Translations under genes and position numbers: made by a program
NCBI GenBank assembly: GCA_905479495.1
Contig: CAJQMR010000043.1
Span: forward strand, 2,979 to 66,978
DNA from: an uncultured Anaerolineae bacterium
GTDB taxonomy: Bacteria > Chloroflexota > Anaerolineae > Promineifilales > Promineifilaceae
DNA length: 64,000 bases
Direction: 5' to 3'
Shown: positions 1-11,282 of the stretch, piece by piece
Layout of the letters: every line of letters starts with the position of its first letter
Numbering within the stretch: the stretch's first letter is position 1
The notes under the pieces: generated by a model
The model's database searches: none
Told to the model about the DNA's origin: nothing
The model's input: only the letters and a program-made list of their open reading frames with translations

Positions 1-581
1 CTGTCCACTTGAAGCTGTTTGCGCGCTTCTTCCACCACCTGCCAATTTTCTAGCAGATTGGTGTAATTGGTGATCATTGCCCGAAAATCAACCTCTTCCT
101 CGGAATCAATGCCATCTTTTGTCACATCATTGTTGAGGCGATCCAACACGGTAGCGGCCGTCAGCTGGGTTGAGAGCCAAATTTCTTGATCAGCTGTTAA
201 CAAGGGCACTTGCCCAATTTCTTTGAGATAAGTATGAACCGGATCGTCTTCTACCGTACCGGTGAGGTAGGAAGTCCCTTCCTCTTTGTCGTCGTCGTCG
301 TCCAGATTGGTAAGCAGGTTGGAAGATTCACCAAAATCATCCAGCGTTTCACCATTTTCTGAGACGATACGAATATTCATCTTTTGCAGGCGAGCATAAA
401 GGCGCTCTGCCTGTTCTTCATCCGCCGAAGCCAGCAAAGCCTGGACGTCTGCTTCGTTAATCTCACGAGAGCGGCGCGCCTTCTTTACCAAAGCTTCAAT
501 ATCAATAACTTCAGCTTCGTCTTCGCTGTCATCGTCTTCGATATTTTCGTCGAAATCGTTGTCTAGTTCAGATAAATCCAT
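1..581 (-). CDS. rpoD: RNA polymerase primary sigma factor (RpoD/SigA), N-terminal part; gene runs off the left edge
   Basis: Absent from the ORF track because it is truncated. My translation from the ATG at 581 reads MDLSELDNDFDENIEDDDSEDEAEVIDIEALVKKARR...DDPVHTYLKEIGQVPLLTADQEIWLS. That is an acidic region 1.1 followed by the conserved sigma-70 region 1.2 motif. It lies directly downstream of dnaG, as in the classical dnaG-rpoD operon. Confidence 0.85.
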   Translation of the reverse strand, partial: MDLSELDNDFDENIEDDDSEDEAEVIDIEALVKKARRSREINEADVQALLASADEEQAERLYARLQKMNIRIVSENGETLDDFGESSNLLTNLDDDDDKEEGTSYLTGTVEDDPVHTYLKEIGQVPLLTADQEIWLSTQLTAATVLDRLNNDVTKDGIDSEEEVDFRAMITNYTNLLENWQVVEEARKQLQVD

Positions 582-695
582 CTTATATTTTCCTGACCTG
601 AATGAGGAGTTTCCAAGGGCTATTATTTTCTACTTCAGAAAAGTGTTCACGAGTTGAACAATGTTTACTCACTGCGTTTTGCTACATTGGAATTT

Positions 696-2675
696 TTAGA
701 AACGGCCGTTTAAAGCATCTTCTGCGCGGCGGCGGCTGGTAGCCGACATTGAATCTCTGGCTTTGTTGAGCTGTAAGACAGCCAAGGGCAGCTCACGTAG
801 CTGCTGCTGGTAAATTGCCAGGGTTTCCATATCATTTTCCGCTTGGGCCTCATGAAGCAGATGATTCACCTCACTAAGCAGCTGCCTGACCTTGGCTAAA
901 CGCCAATCTAACACGGATAAAACAAGGGTGTCGGCAATACGCTCAAGCTCCGTTTCTGGTGATTGGGGTAATGTCAGCAAGAACTTCAACCGATCCTGAA
1001 GCGTCTGCTCTAGACTATCCCACAATTCATCAATCGTGACAACCGAGGACGAGGCGATCAACTGGTACATTTGTCGCATGATGGCCCGATCTTCGGCCAA
1101 CAAAAAATCTTCGTCCGCTACCTGCGGCTGACCACATTCCCCCAGTTTCTGATTCACACGTAAAATCACCTGCGGGAAGCGCATGCAATGATGCAAAAAA
1201 TCAGACTGGCGCATATCGGTGGCCAGCGGATTCATGCTGGTTTGCCCTTTCCTGGGCACCGTGGCCCAACCGACGTGGCCTTTTGGCTGTGCGGGCTTGG
1301 TCGCCTGGCTTATTTTGGCGGCCTGATGGGGCTTCACTGGCAGGCGAATTTGGCGCAGCGCTCGTTCATCAATTCTTAAGGCGTGGGCCAGCTGCTGCCA
1401 ATAATGGTCGCGTTCGATAGGCTCCTGAATGTCCTTGATGAGCGGTAAGACTTGTTGGGCAACGGCCGTTTTGGCCTTGGCATCATTCATATCCAACCCT
1501 TGCGTCGCCACATCAATCACATAGGCGACCACTGGTTTGGCCTGAGCCACCAGCTTCGTCCACGCTTCCGGGCTTTCCTGAATGATGTTGTCCGGGTCTT
1601 TGCCATCCGGCATGGTGATCACCCGAATGTCTGCCTGGAGCCGGCCCTCTTGCTGCACTAAACCGTGCGCGTCAAACTTCACATCCACTTCTCGGTCTAG
1701 CGTTTCGCGAGCCACCTGCAAGCTGCGCAGAGTGGCGTTTTGCCCGGCCGCATCCGCATCCAGTGCCAGGACAAACTGCTTGGTGTACCGCTTTAGCAAG
1801 CGTAACTGCTGCTCCGTCAGCGCTGTGCCCATCTGGGCCACCACATTGCGGAAACCGGCCTGCCAGGCCTGCATCACGTCCATGTACCCTTCCACAATCA
1901 CCGCCTGCCGCGCTTCACGGATGGCTCGTTTGGCCCCGTCCAGCCCATAAAGCAGGTGACTTTTGTCGAACAGAGCGGTCTGGGGCGAGTTGAGGTATTT
2001 GGGGATACCGTCTTTTTCCAGTGTGCGTGCGCCGAAACCCACGATACGGCCGTCTACATCTCGAATTGGTATCATCAGCCGGTTACGAAAACGATCGTAC
2101 TTGCTGCCCTTGTCCACATTTTCCGTCAGCAGCCCCGCCGCCAGCAGTTCCTGATCGCTGTATCCTTGCATATTAAAATGGGAACGGAAATCATCCCAGG
2201 AATCCAGGGCAAAACCGAGGACAAAATGCTCAATTGTTTCTTCATTGAGGCTGCGCCGGGCCACATATTGCCGGGCCACTTCTCCCTGAGGCGCATACAA
2301 AAAGAGCTGGTGAAAATAATCGGCGGCGGCTTGCAGCAGGCCCGCCTGTTTGTTGTGGGCAGCGCGCTTCTCTTTATCGACCGGCGTCTGTTCTTCCAGC
2401 GTCACCCCGGCCCGCTGCGCCATATTTTTCAGCGCTTCTTTAAATTCCCAGCCTTCCTTCTTCATCACAAAGGAGAAAAGGTCACCGCCTTCGGCGCAGG
2501 CGCCAAAGCAGCGCCAGGTTTGCGTTTCGGGAAAAACAAAAAAGGCAGGGGTGCGCGTGTTTTGGTGGAAGGGGCAAAAGCCAGCGTAATTCCGCCCTGA
2601 GCGGCGCAACGACACGCTTTCAGAGACGATATCGACAAGATCGAGGCGGCTTTTAATATCTTCGGTAACAGTCAT
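696..2675 (-). CDS. dnaG: DNA primase DnaG
   Basis: 659 aa. CHC2 zinc finger CPFHQNTRTPAFFVFPETQTWRCFGAC, a TOPRIM region (EGYMDV ... LDADAAG) and a C-terminal helicase-interaction-like domain. Confidence 0.95.
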   Translation of the reverse strand: MTVTEDIKSRLDLVDIVSESVSLRRSGRNYAGFCPFHQNTRTPAFFVFPETQTWRCFGACAEGGDLFSFVMKKEGWEFKEALKNMAQRAGVTLEEQTPVDKEKRAAHNKQAGLLQAAADYFHQLFLYAPQGEVARQYVARRSLNEETIEHFVLGFALDSWDDFRSHFNMQGYSDQELLAAGLLTENVDKGSKYDRFRNRLMIPIRDVDGRIVGFGARTLEKDGIPKYLNSPQTALFDKSHLLYGLDGAKRAIREARQAVIVEGYMDVMQAWQAGFRNVVAQMGTALTEQQLRLLKRYTKQFVLALDADAAGQNATLRSLQVARETLDREVDVKFDAHGLVQQEGRLQADIRVITMPDGKDPDNIIQESPEAWTKLVAQAKPVVAYVIDVATQGLDMNDAKAKTAVAQQVLPLIKDIQEPIERDHYWQQLAHALRIDERALRQIRLPVKPHQAAKISQATKPAQPKGHVGWATVPRKGQTSMNPLATDMRQSDFLHHCMRFPQVILRVNQKLGECGQPQVADEDFLLAEDRAIMRQMYQLIASSSVVTIDELWDSLEQTLQDRLKFLLTLPQSPETELERIADTLVLSVLDWRLAKVRQLLSEVNHLLHEAQAENDMETLAIYQQQLRELPLAVLQLNKARDSMSATSRRRAEDALNGRF

Positions 2676-2712
2676 GTGGCCTTAAACAAAGCTTAGTCGG
2701 ACAACTGGGCAA

Positions 2713-2742
2713 ATTATACCGTAGACCTTACAAATGTTCTAA
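2713..2742 (-). promoter_or_regulatory. Candidate sigma-70 promoter of dnaG (TTAGAA-N18-TATAAT on the minus strand)
   Basis: Sequence match only. The -10 TATAAT is the reverse complement of 2713-2718 and the -35 TTAGAA that of 2737-2742. It sits 40-65 nt upstream of the dnaG ATG. Confidence 0.3.
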
Positions 2743-2790
2743 ACAGTGGTGGGGGAACGGCCGTCATTTTTACCATAATCTAACAAAGGG

Positions 2791-2826
2791 AAATGAAAAG
2801 AGGCACCCTGCTGCACAGGATGCCTC
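2791..2826 (-). terminator. Intrinsic terminator after the DUF4397 gene
   Basis: GAGGCACCCTG / CAGGATGCCTC stem with one mismatch and a 5-nt loop, followed on the minus strand by CTTTTCATTTC. Confidence 0.6.
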
Positions 2827-2895
2827 TCGCAAAGAAGGAAACAGTTAAGCTAGAGTGCGCAGCGCGGGCGGCCCACTCAGCCAAATGCCATAAAT

Positions 2896-4206
2896 TTAGT
2901 TAGCAGGGGATGGCAAACGAACTGACTGCACCAACACGGTGAAGCTGCCGTCATCCAGCGAGCCAACCGCGTAGACAAAGTAGGCAAAGCCAGGATCAAG
3001 GCTCAGGTCGGCCGGGCCAAACACCACGGTATCGGTGCCCGCAGGTTGGATGGTGGCCAGGTAGCGGTTACGCGGCACCTCAAGCTGCACCTCGTTAGGA
3101 TTGCTCAGCCCTTCGGCCGTGCCCACAAAGTCACCGGTACGACGGTCGAACAGAGAGACATCAACGGTGGGGGCTGCGGCCGTGTGGCGCATCACCAGGC
3201 GGCTCAGGCCACGATCAATTTCAGAAACGTCATTTACAAAAACGGAGAGCGTTGGCGTGCCAGCTTCCGTCAGATGGGCCACGATGGAAACGTTGGCCCC
3301 ACCAGGCAGGAAGGCGGAACCCGCAATGGCCGGGGCAGTTGCGCTCGGATCAGCGCCAGCCGGGTAAATTTCAATATCATAATTGCCTTCGGGCAAGGTC
3401 AGCGGGTCGGTGACCGTGTAAGGCTCGAAGTTGGGCAAGGCCAGACCACCATTCACGTAAACGTCCACCGTCAGGCCAGGAACGCCGTGAATCACAGTGA
3501 CGTCGCCAACCGGAATGCTATCCAGATCAATGGTTTGTACCAGCAGTTGGAAGCTGCCATCGGCTAAGGAGCCAACAGCATAGATGATGTAGGAGCGATC
3601 AAACTTAGGATTGAGCCAGAAGCGAGCCGGGCCAGCCACGACGTCATCGGTGCCAGCAGGCAGAATGGAGGCGAAGTACAAACCGGTACCTACCTCAACC
3701 TGGGCTTCTTCTGGATTGCTTAGACTTTCAATTTTGCCAATTTCATCGCTTTTGTAGGTCAGGGCGACATCTACTGTGGGGGCAGCGGCCGTATGACGCA
3801 CAACCACCCGGGCATCCCCTTCATTAATCGCCGAGGTGTCATTGACAAAAACAGAAAGGGTTGGCGCCCCAGCTTCCGTCAGGTGGGCCACGATGGAGGC
3901 ATTGGCGCCAGCAGGCAGCGTGGTGGAACCAGCAATCGCCGGGTCAGTCGCGCTTGGATCTGCGCCAGCCGGATAAATTTCGATGTCATAATCACCAGCG
4001 GGCAAGGTCAACGGGTCGGTGACAGTGTAAGGCTCGAAGTTGGGCAAGGCCAGTCCGCCGTTGACGTATACATCAACCGTCAGACCTGGTACGCCGTGAA
4101 CAACGGTAACGATACCGGTATCAGCTTCTTCATCGGCCGCTACCCAGGCGGCAGTGGTAAGGAACAGGGCCATGAAGGCAAAAATAAGCAGTTTAACTTT
4201 TTTCAT
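2896..4206 (-). CDS. Secreted DUF4397-type protein made of two tandem 204-aa units
   Basis: 436 aa with an N-terminal signal peptide (MKKVKLLIFAFMALFLTTAAWVAA). The block VHGVPGLTVDVYVNGGLALPNFEPYTVTDPLTLP...SIVAHLTEAG.PTLSVFVND occurs twice, offset by 612 nt. It lies next to an ECF sigma/anti-sigma pair. Confidence 0.8.
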   Translation of the reverse strand: MKKVKLLIFAFMALFLTTAAWVAADEEADTGIVTVVHGVPGLTVDVYVNGGLALPNFEPYTVTDPLTLPAGDYDIEIYPAGADPSATDPAIAGSTTLPAGANASIVAHLTEAGAPTLSVFVNDTSAINEGDARVVVRHTAAAPTVDVALTYKSDEIGKIESLSNPEEAQVEVGTGLYFASILPAGTDDVVAGPARFWLNPKFDRSYIIYAVGSLADGSFQLLVQTIDLDSIPVGDVTVIHGVPGLTVDVYVNGGLALPNFEPYTVTDPLTLPEGNYDIEIYPAGADPSATAPAIAGSAFLPGGANVSIVAHLTEAGTPTLSVFVNDVSEIDRGLSRLVMRHTAAAPTVDVSLFDRRTGDFVGTAEGLSNPNEVQLEVPRNRYLATIQPAGTDTVVFGPADLSLDPGFAYFVYAVGSLDDGSFTVLVQSVRLPSPAN

Positions 4207-4435
4207 TGTTTTTCTCCTATTGTGTTTATGTAATTTTGTTTCTGGAATTGCTTCAGTTTTTTGTAAATAGGTTCATTTAGATTGGCTATTTGCTAAGCGG
4301 ATGCATCACCTCCAACGTTTAGATTTTTTAGGCCACAAGCAGGAGGCAGCGTTAAGAGAACTCACGAGGAGCCAGGTTTCTGCCATTTTTTCGTAAAGCT
4401 TGTGGATTTGTTTCTTCTGTTCTTCTACCGCTAAA

Positions 4436-4464
4436 TACGAATCTGTCTTTATTTTGTACGTATC
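4436..4464 (-). promoter_or_regulatory. Conserved ~29-nt motif upstream of the DUF4397 gene, shared with the ECF sigma operon
   Basis: TACGAATCTGTCTTTATTTTGTACGTATC matches about 25 of 30 positions of TACGAATACAGTCTTATTTTGTATCTATC at 6342-6370. Confidence 0.4.
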
Positions 4465-4562
4465 GTAATTAGACAAATCATTTACAATTTAGCCAGTTCA
4501 CTAAGAATTACGAACTTGTTCAGGTTTTGTACTTGTTTGATTTGCAAATTGGGGGAATTGGC

Positions 4563-4593
4563 AAAAAAAGAGACGCTTGAGGGAAGCGTCTCT
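4563..4593 (-). terminator. Intrinsic terminator of the sigma/anti-sigma operon
   Basis: Perfect 10-bp stem AGAGACGCTT / AAGCGTCTCT with a 5-nt loop, followed by T7 on the minus strand. It sits 75 nt after the anti-sigma stop. Confidence 0.7.
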
Positions 4594-4666
4594 GCGAGGT
4601 TCATACTTTTATATTTCTCCAGGAACTTCAAAAAATCCGTGTCAAATCGTTCCCGGGGAATTCGTG

Positions 4667-5698
4667 TCAGTTGATGATGCTGCCTAGCAGCACAATGTCA
4701 CCGGTGCGCTGCACGCTGCCGCCTTCTGGCTCAATAGAAACGCCAACGGCATCAAAGGATTGCAGCGGTTCAGGGGAATGAACCAGCAGCACCCCCTCTC
4801 CTTGCGTATCCACGCGGAAGGTTTCGGCCGTTTCGTGTTCCGTGCCACGAATGAGCAGCACCTGATAGACAGAATCTTGTGGCAGTGAGGGCATGCCATC
4901 TACAATGAGCAGCGCCGTATTCGACACGGGATCGATCACCAGTTGCGCCGATGCCTCCGGCTGATCTTCGGTGCCTGGCAGCGTAACAGAGTAAACGGCC
5001 GAAGAATCAAAAGGCTGGTTGGCCACGATTTTGGATATTTCCGCTTCTAGATTGGCACTGTATGTTTCCAGCTCGGCTAAATCAGCAGATGCCTGAGCTA
5101 AGTCGGTTTGCAGGCTGTTGTTGGTGGCGATGAGATTGGCGTTGTTTTGGGCCAGGTCGTCAATTTGTTGGTCAAGCGCTTGATTGGCAGCTTGCAGTTC
5201 GGCCACACGGGCAGTGAGCGTGAGGTTTTCGCTAGACAGGGCAGCAAAATCGGTGCGCAAGCTGCTGTTGTCGGCCGCCATCTGCTGCACATTCTGGTTT
5301 AGATTTTTTACCTGACTGTTAAGCGACAGCCCCCAAATGAGGAGCAGTACGGCCGTTGCCAAACTTACGGCCGTTACCAGCGGTGTACTAAAGAAAGTGC
5401 GAATTTGATCCCAGAGGGTGGGTTGATTGGATGGGGTGGATACGGCCGTTCGCTTTACCGGTTTAGCCTGTGCCGCCAAATCTGCTTCTACGCGGGCAAA
5501 CAGGGCCGCTTCCGCCTCTGGCGATGGTGTGACTGGCGGTGCGGTGTAAGGCAGCAGCGCCGCCGCCGCGTACGCCTCTTCCAGCAAGGCCACGGCTTGC
5601 GGATTTTCCGCAAGGTATGCCTCAACTTCGGCTTCTTCTTTTGACGACAGCCCACCTAAAACATAAACTGCGAGCAGTTCCTCAATTTGCTCGTTCAT
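4667..5698 (-). CDS. Anti-sigma factor, RskA-like (N-terminal sigma-binding helix, TM segment, coiled coil, C-terminal RskA domain)
   Basis: ORF 4667..5710. I prefer the ATG at 5698 (MNEQIEELLAVYVLGGL), which has GAGGA 5 nt upstream. The C-terminus VYQVLLIRG...DAVGVSIEPEGGSVQRTGDIVLLG resembles the anti-sigma-K RskA domain. It starts 1 nt after the ECF sigma stop. Confidence 0.8.
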   Translation of the reverse strand: MNEQIEELLAVYVLGGLSSKEEAEVEAYLAENPQAVALLEEAYAAAALLPYTAPPVTPSPEAEAALFARVEADLAAQAKPVKRTAVSTPSNQPTLWDQIRTFFSTPLVTAVSLATAVLLLIWGLSLNSQVKNLNQNVQQMAADNSSLRTDFAALSSENLTLTARVAELQAANQALDQQIDDLAQNNANLIATNNSLQTDLAQASADLAELETYSANLEAEISKIVANQPFDSSAVYSVTLPGTEDQPEASAQLVIDPVSNTALLIVDGMPSLPQDSVYQVLLIRGTEHETAETFRVDTQGEGVLLVHSPEPLQSFDAVGVSIEPEGGSVQRTGDIVLLGSIIN

Positions 5699-5699
5699 C

Positions 5700-6278
5700 T
5701 TAATCCTCAAATCCTTGCGCCTGCAAGGCTCGTTTCAATTTATCCAGGGCCAGTTTTGCCCGGGTATTAATCGTGCCAAAAGGAATATCTTGTTCCTGGG
5801 CAATTTGCCGTCGCGTTTTGCCCTGAAAATAGATCCATTCCACCACATCCCGCTGTTCATCAGGTAAGGTGATCATGGCCGCGTGCACCTGCTCGTGCCG
5901 CATCAACGATAGGGCCGCATCAGCTACATTGTGGTCAGCTTCATAATGCGGGCTGGATTCCAAGTGATCGTGGTGCATATCAGGCAGGGCCTGCATCTTA
6001 ATCTTTTGCCCCCGGCGCACAATATCAATAGATAAATTGCGGGCAATGCCAAACATCCAATTAGGAAATGACCCCCGCTGCGTATCAAACGAAGCCGCAT
6101 TGTGCCAGATGCGCCAAAATGTTTCCTGCATCACCTCTTCGGCGGCAGCCTGATCCTGCAAAATTTTGTATGACAACCCTAAAACGGAACGCTTGTACCG
6201 TTCATACAAGGTTTTGTAAGCAGCCATATCTTTGTTTATGACGCGAGCCATCAGCTGCTCATCACTTAATTCATTCAT
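5700..6278 (-). CDS. ECF-type RNA polymerase sigma-70 family factor
   Basis: 192 aa. Region 2 (FWRIWHNAASF, PNWMFGIARNLSIDIVRR) and region 4 HTH (QRDVVEWIYFQGKTRRQIAQEQDIPFGTINTRAKLAL). Confidence 0.9.
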   Translation of the reverse strand: MNELSDEQLMARVINKDMAAYKTLYERYKRSVLGLSYKILQDQAAAEEVMQETFWRIWHNAASFDTQRGSFPNWMFGIARNLSIDIVRRGQKIKMQALPDMHHDHLESSPHYEADHNVADAALSLMRHEQVHAAMITLPDEQRDVVEWIYFQGKTRRQIAQEQDIPFGTINTRAKLALDKLKRALQAQGFED

Positions 6279-6341
6279 AACACACAGAATGGTACAGTCC
6301 GCTTAACAAACCAGATCAGTTGCCAAGCTACTACTAGTAAC

Positions 6342-6370
6342 TACGAATACAGTCTTATTTTGTATCTATC
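6342..6370 (-). promoter_or_regulatory. Conserved ~29-nt motif upstream of the ECF sigma gene (candidate autoregulated promoter or operator)
   Basis: Lies 64-92 nt upstream of the sigma start. A near-identical copy is at 4436-4464. Confidence 0.4.
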
Positions 6371-6387
6371 CAATTTATTCAGTTGGA

Positions 6388-6531
6388 CTAGAAACCTTCA
6401 AGCTCAGAGAGATCGGCCAAACCAGTGGTTAAGGCAGCGATGTGTTGCAGCAGGGCCAGGCGGTTGTGGCGTACGGCCGTATCCTCATCCATCAACAAAA
6501 ATTGGGGGATGGCTGGATTTAGGTACTCACG
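6388..6531 (-). pseudogene. Displaced 3'-terminal fragment of glycyl-tRNA synthetase (second copy of the last ~45 codons of glyQS)
   Basis: The minus-strand reading ...[46 protein letters not shown] compares with the functional C-terminus ...[50 protein letters not shown]. By manual alignment the last 108 nt are about 84 percent identical. There is an in-frame stop upstream at 6532-6534. Confidence 0.7.
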
Positions 6532-6542
6532 TTATGACCTTA

Positions 6543-6890
6543 CTAGTGGTTTAACCAGTTAACCAAATTTGCTTTAATTTGCAGCACTCTACTGGCATCA
6601 ACTTCACCAATTGAGCCAAGCAATAGTGAGACGTCAACAACTGCCAGACGGCCAACACGAATAACGCTGCTGCTCTTTAAGCCTGATAGAGGAAAATCAG
6701 GATCATCAGGAGTGATGATATTATCAAACCCTTCAATATGGTGGCGAGATTGAGAGGAAATCATACAAATCAACCAATCTTCAAAAGAACCTGGCAACTT
6801 GCCAATGATTAAAGCTGGTCGAAGTTTCCCACGACGTAAATCGGTTTGAGGAAATCGAAAAAGAACAATTTGTCCAGCATGGACCATCAA
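6543..6890 (-). CDS. Type II toxin, PemK/MazF family
   Basis: 115 aa with the family-typical N-terminus GQIVLFRFPQTDLRRGKLRPALII. It overlaps the upstream antitoxin gene by 4 nt. Confidence 0.75.
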   Translation of the reverse strand: MMVHAGQIVLFRFPQTDLRRGKLRPALIIGKLPGSFEDWLICMISSQSRHHIEGFDNIITPDDPDFPLSGLKSSSVIRVGRLAVVDVSLLLGSIGEVDASRVLQIKANLVNWLNH

Positions 6891-7120
6891 AATGTTTCCT
6901 TCAGGTCGCCCAGCGTATAAGGTTCTTCCTCATCTTCCATGCCACGCATTGCCATTGCCAAAGACAAGTTTGACCAGCTCAGATTGTCAACATCTTCAAG
7001 CGCTTCCTGTGGAATAGACGCGCTTTTTGACAACAAAAATTCAACAAAGTCCAGAACTTGTGTTTGCATCGATTCAGGGAGAATCAGTACACGCTGCTGA
7101 ATTTTTTCTATCACAGTCAT
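6887..7120 (-). CDS. Antitoxin, DUF2281-like
   Basis: 77 aa. IEKIQQRVLILPESMQTQVLDFVEFLLSK is typical of DUF2281 antitoxins. It is translationally coupled to the MazF-like gene. Confidence 0.6.
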   Translation of the reverse strand: MTVIEKIQQRVLILPESMQTQVLDFVEFLLSKSASIPQEALEDVDNLSWSNLSLAMAMRGMEDEEEPYTLGDLKETF

Positions 7121-7211
7121 CGTTCACCTCCGTCAAGGCATCATCAAAAAACTGCTCACATCTAAAGTATAACAGATTGTTTCTGACGATAAACGGCCGT
7201 TTCCACCTCAA

Positions 7212-10187
<2,976 letters not shown>

Positions 10188-10271
10188 CTACACCCTCAAT
10201 GGAATCAATCATCAAATGAACAGCCGATGATTATAGCATGGGGGCAACACGCTGGCATCTTGTGGATTATT

Positions 10272-10350
10272 AATCACGAATTTAGCGAATGGACGAATGA
10301 GACGAATCTTTTTCATTGGTAATATTCGTCAATTTGGGCCATTCGTGATT
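10272..10350. repeat. Unit-repeat hairpin (ACGAAT units; terminal inverted repeat AATCACGAAT / ATTCGTGATT)
   Basis: The left arm has four ..CGAAT units and the right arm has ATTCGTC / ATTCGTG units. It lies between the recO stop and the glyQS start. Confidence 0.7.
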
Positions 10351-10357
10351 CAGCTTT

Positions 10358-11143
10358 TTACTCAGCGGGAGGCAGCAGGAGGGCCGCTTCCTGGCGGAGG
10401 CGGTGGAGGAATTCAACGGATTTGAGGTTGCGTTCCAGGACGTAGGTGATGTAGAAGTGCATCACGTTTTCCAGCTCGGTATGGACAGCACGCTTGAGGC
10501 GCAGGTTGTGGACGGTATCCCACGGCCGTGTTTGCAGGTAGCGTAGAACTTTGACGGAAACGGCCGTAATCGCCACAGCCCGCCTATCTTCCGTTCGACA
10601 GTTAGGACATAATACCCCACCCAACTCCCCGCTAAAAAATTGGTCCTGCTCCTCAATCGCTTCACCGCAGGCCACACAGTGGAACAACTGTGGCCGAAAA
10701 CCAGCTAATCCCAACAAACGCAGTTCGTAAAAGCGGGCCACCAGCAGCACATCTTCATGGGTGGTCAGCCAACCGAGAGCATCGGCCAACAGCTGGTAGA
10801 TGCCACTGTGTTTGTCTTCTTCGACTGTGAAGCGATCCAGCAGCTCCACCAGGTAGGCGGCGTAGGTGCTCAGAATGAGATCGTCGCGCAGGGCGGTGTA
10901 TGGCTGCACCATTTCCGCCTGGGTGAGGATGGCAATGTCGCGCCCGCTGGCAAAGAGGAAATTGGAGCGCATGAACTGCTCCACATGGCCCGTCTTGCGA
11001 CTCTGCGGCTTGCGTGCGCCCTTGGCAATTGCCTTGATCTTGCCAAAGTCGCGGCTGTAGAGAGTGAGCAGGCGGTCAGCTTCGCCAAAGTCGGTGCGAC
11101 GCAAAACAATTGCTTCGCTGCGGAAGGTACGTTCTCGGGCCAT
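10358..11143 (-). CDS. recO: DNA repair protein RecO
   Basis: 261 aa. N-terminal OB fold (EAIVLRRTDFGEADRLLTLYSRDFGKIKAIAKGARK) and a zinc motif CVACGE...CPNC. Confidence 0.9.
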   Translation of the reverse strand: MARERTFRSEAIVLRRTDFGEADRLLTLYSRDFGKIKAIAKGARKPQSRKTGHVEQFMRSNFLFASGRDIAILTQAEMVQPYTALRDDLILSTYAAYLVELLDRFTVEEDKHSGIYQLLADALGWLTTHEDVLLVARFYELRLLGLAGFRPQLFHCVACGEAIEEQDQFFSGELGGVLCPNCRTEDRRAVAITAVSVKVLRYLQTRPWDTVHNLRLKRAVHTELENVMHFYITYVLERNLKSVEFLHRLRQEAALLLPPAE

Positions 11144-11183
11144 GCGTGAAGTGTAGCAGCAGACTGCCTAATTTAAAAACCTT

Positions 11184-11271
11184 GACGCAAAGGCACAAAG
11201 AGGCAAAGAACCGATCAAGAAAGTTAATGATCCTTCCTTTGCGACCTCTAATTCTTTGCGTTCTTTGCGTC
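11184..11271. repeat. Unit-repeat hairpin (GCAAAG units; GACGCAAAG ... CTTTGCGTC), terminator-like on the minus strand
   Basis: Left arm GACGCAAAG GCACAAAG AGGCAAAG. Right arm CTTTGCG x3. An A5 run on the plus strand precedes it, giving a T-run on the minus strand. The same unit family occurs at 51391-51475. Confidence 0.65.
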
Positions 11272-11282
11272 GAAATTCTTTT

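Noticed and set aside
6543-7120. The TA cassette as a complete mobile element.
   Set aside because: There is no integrase, transposase or terminal inverted repeats. Only the duplicated glyQS end supports mobility, so I report it as an integration scar rather than annotating a mobile element.
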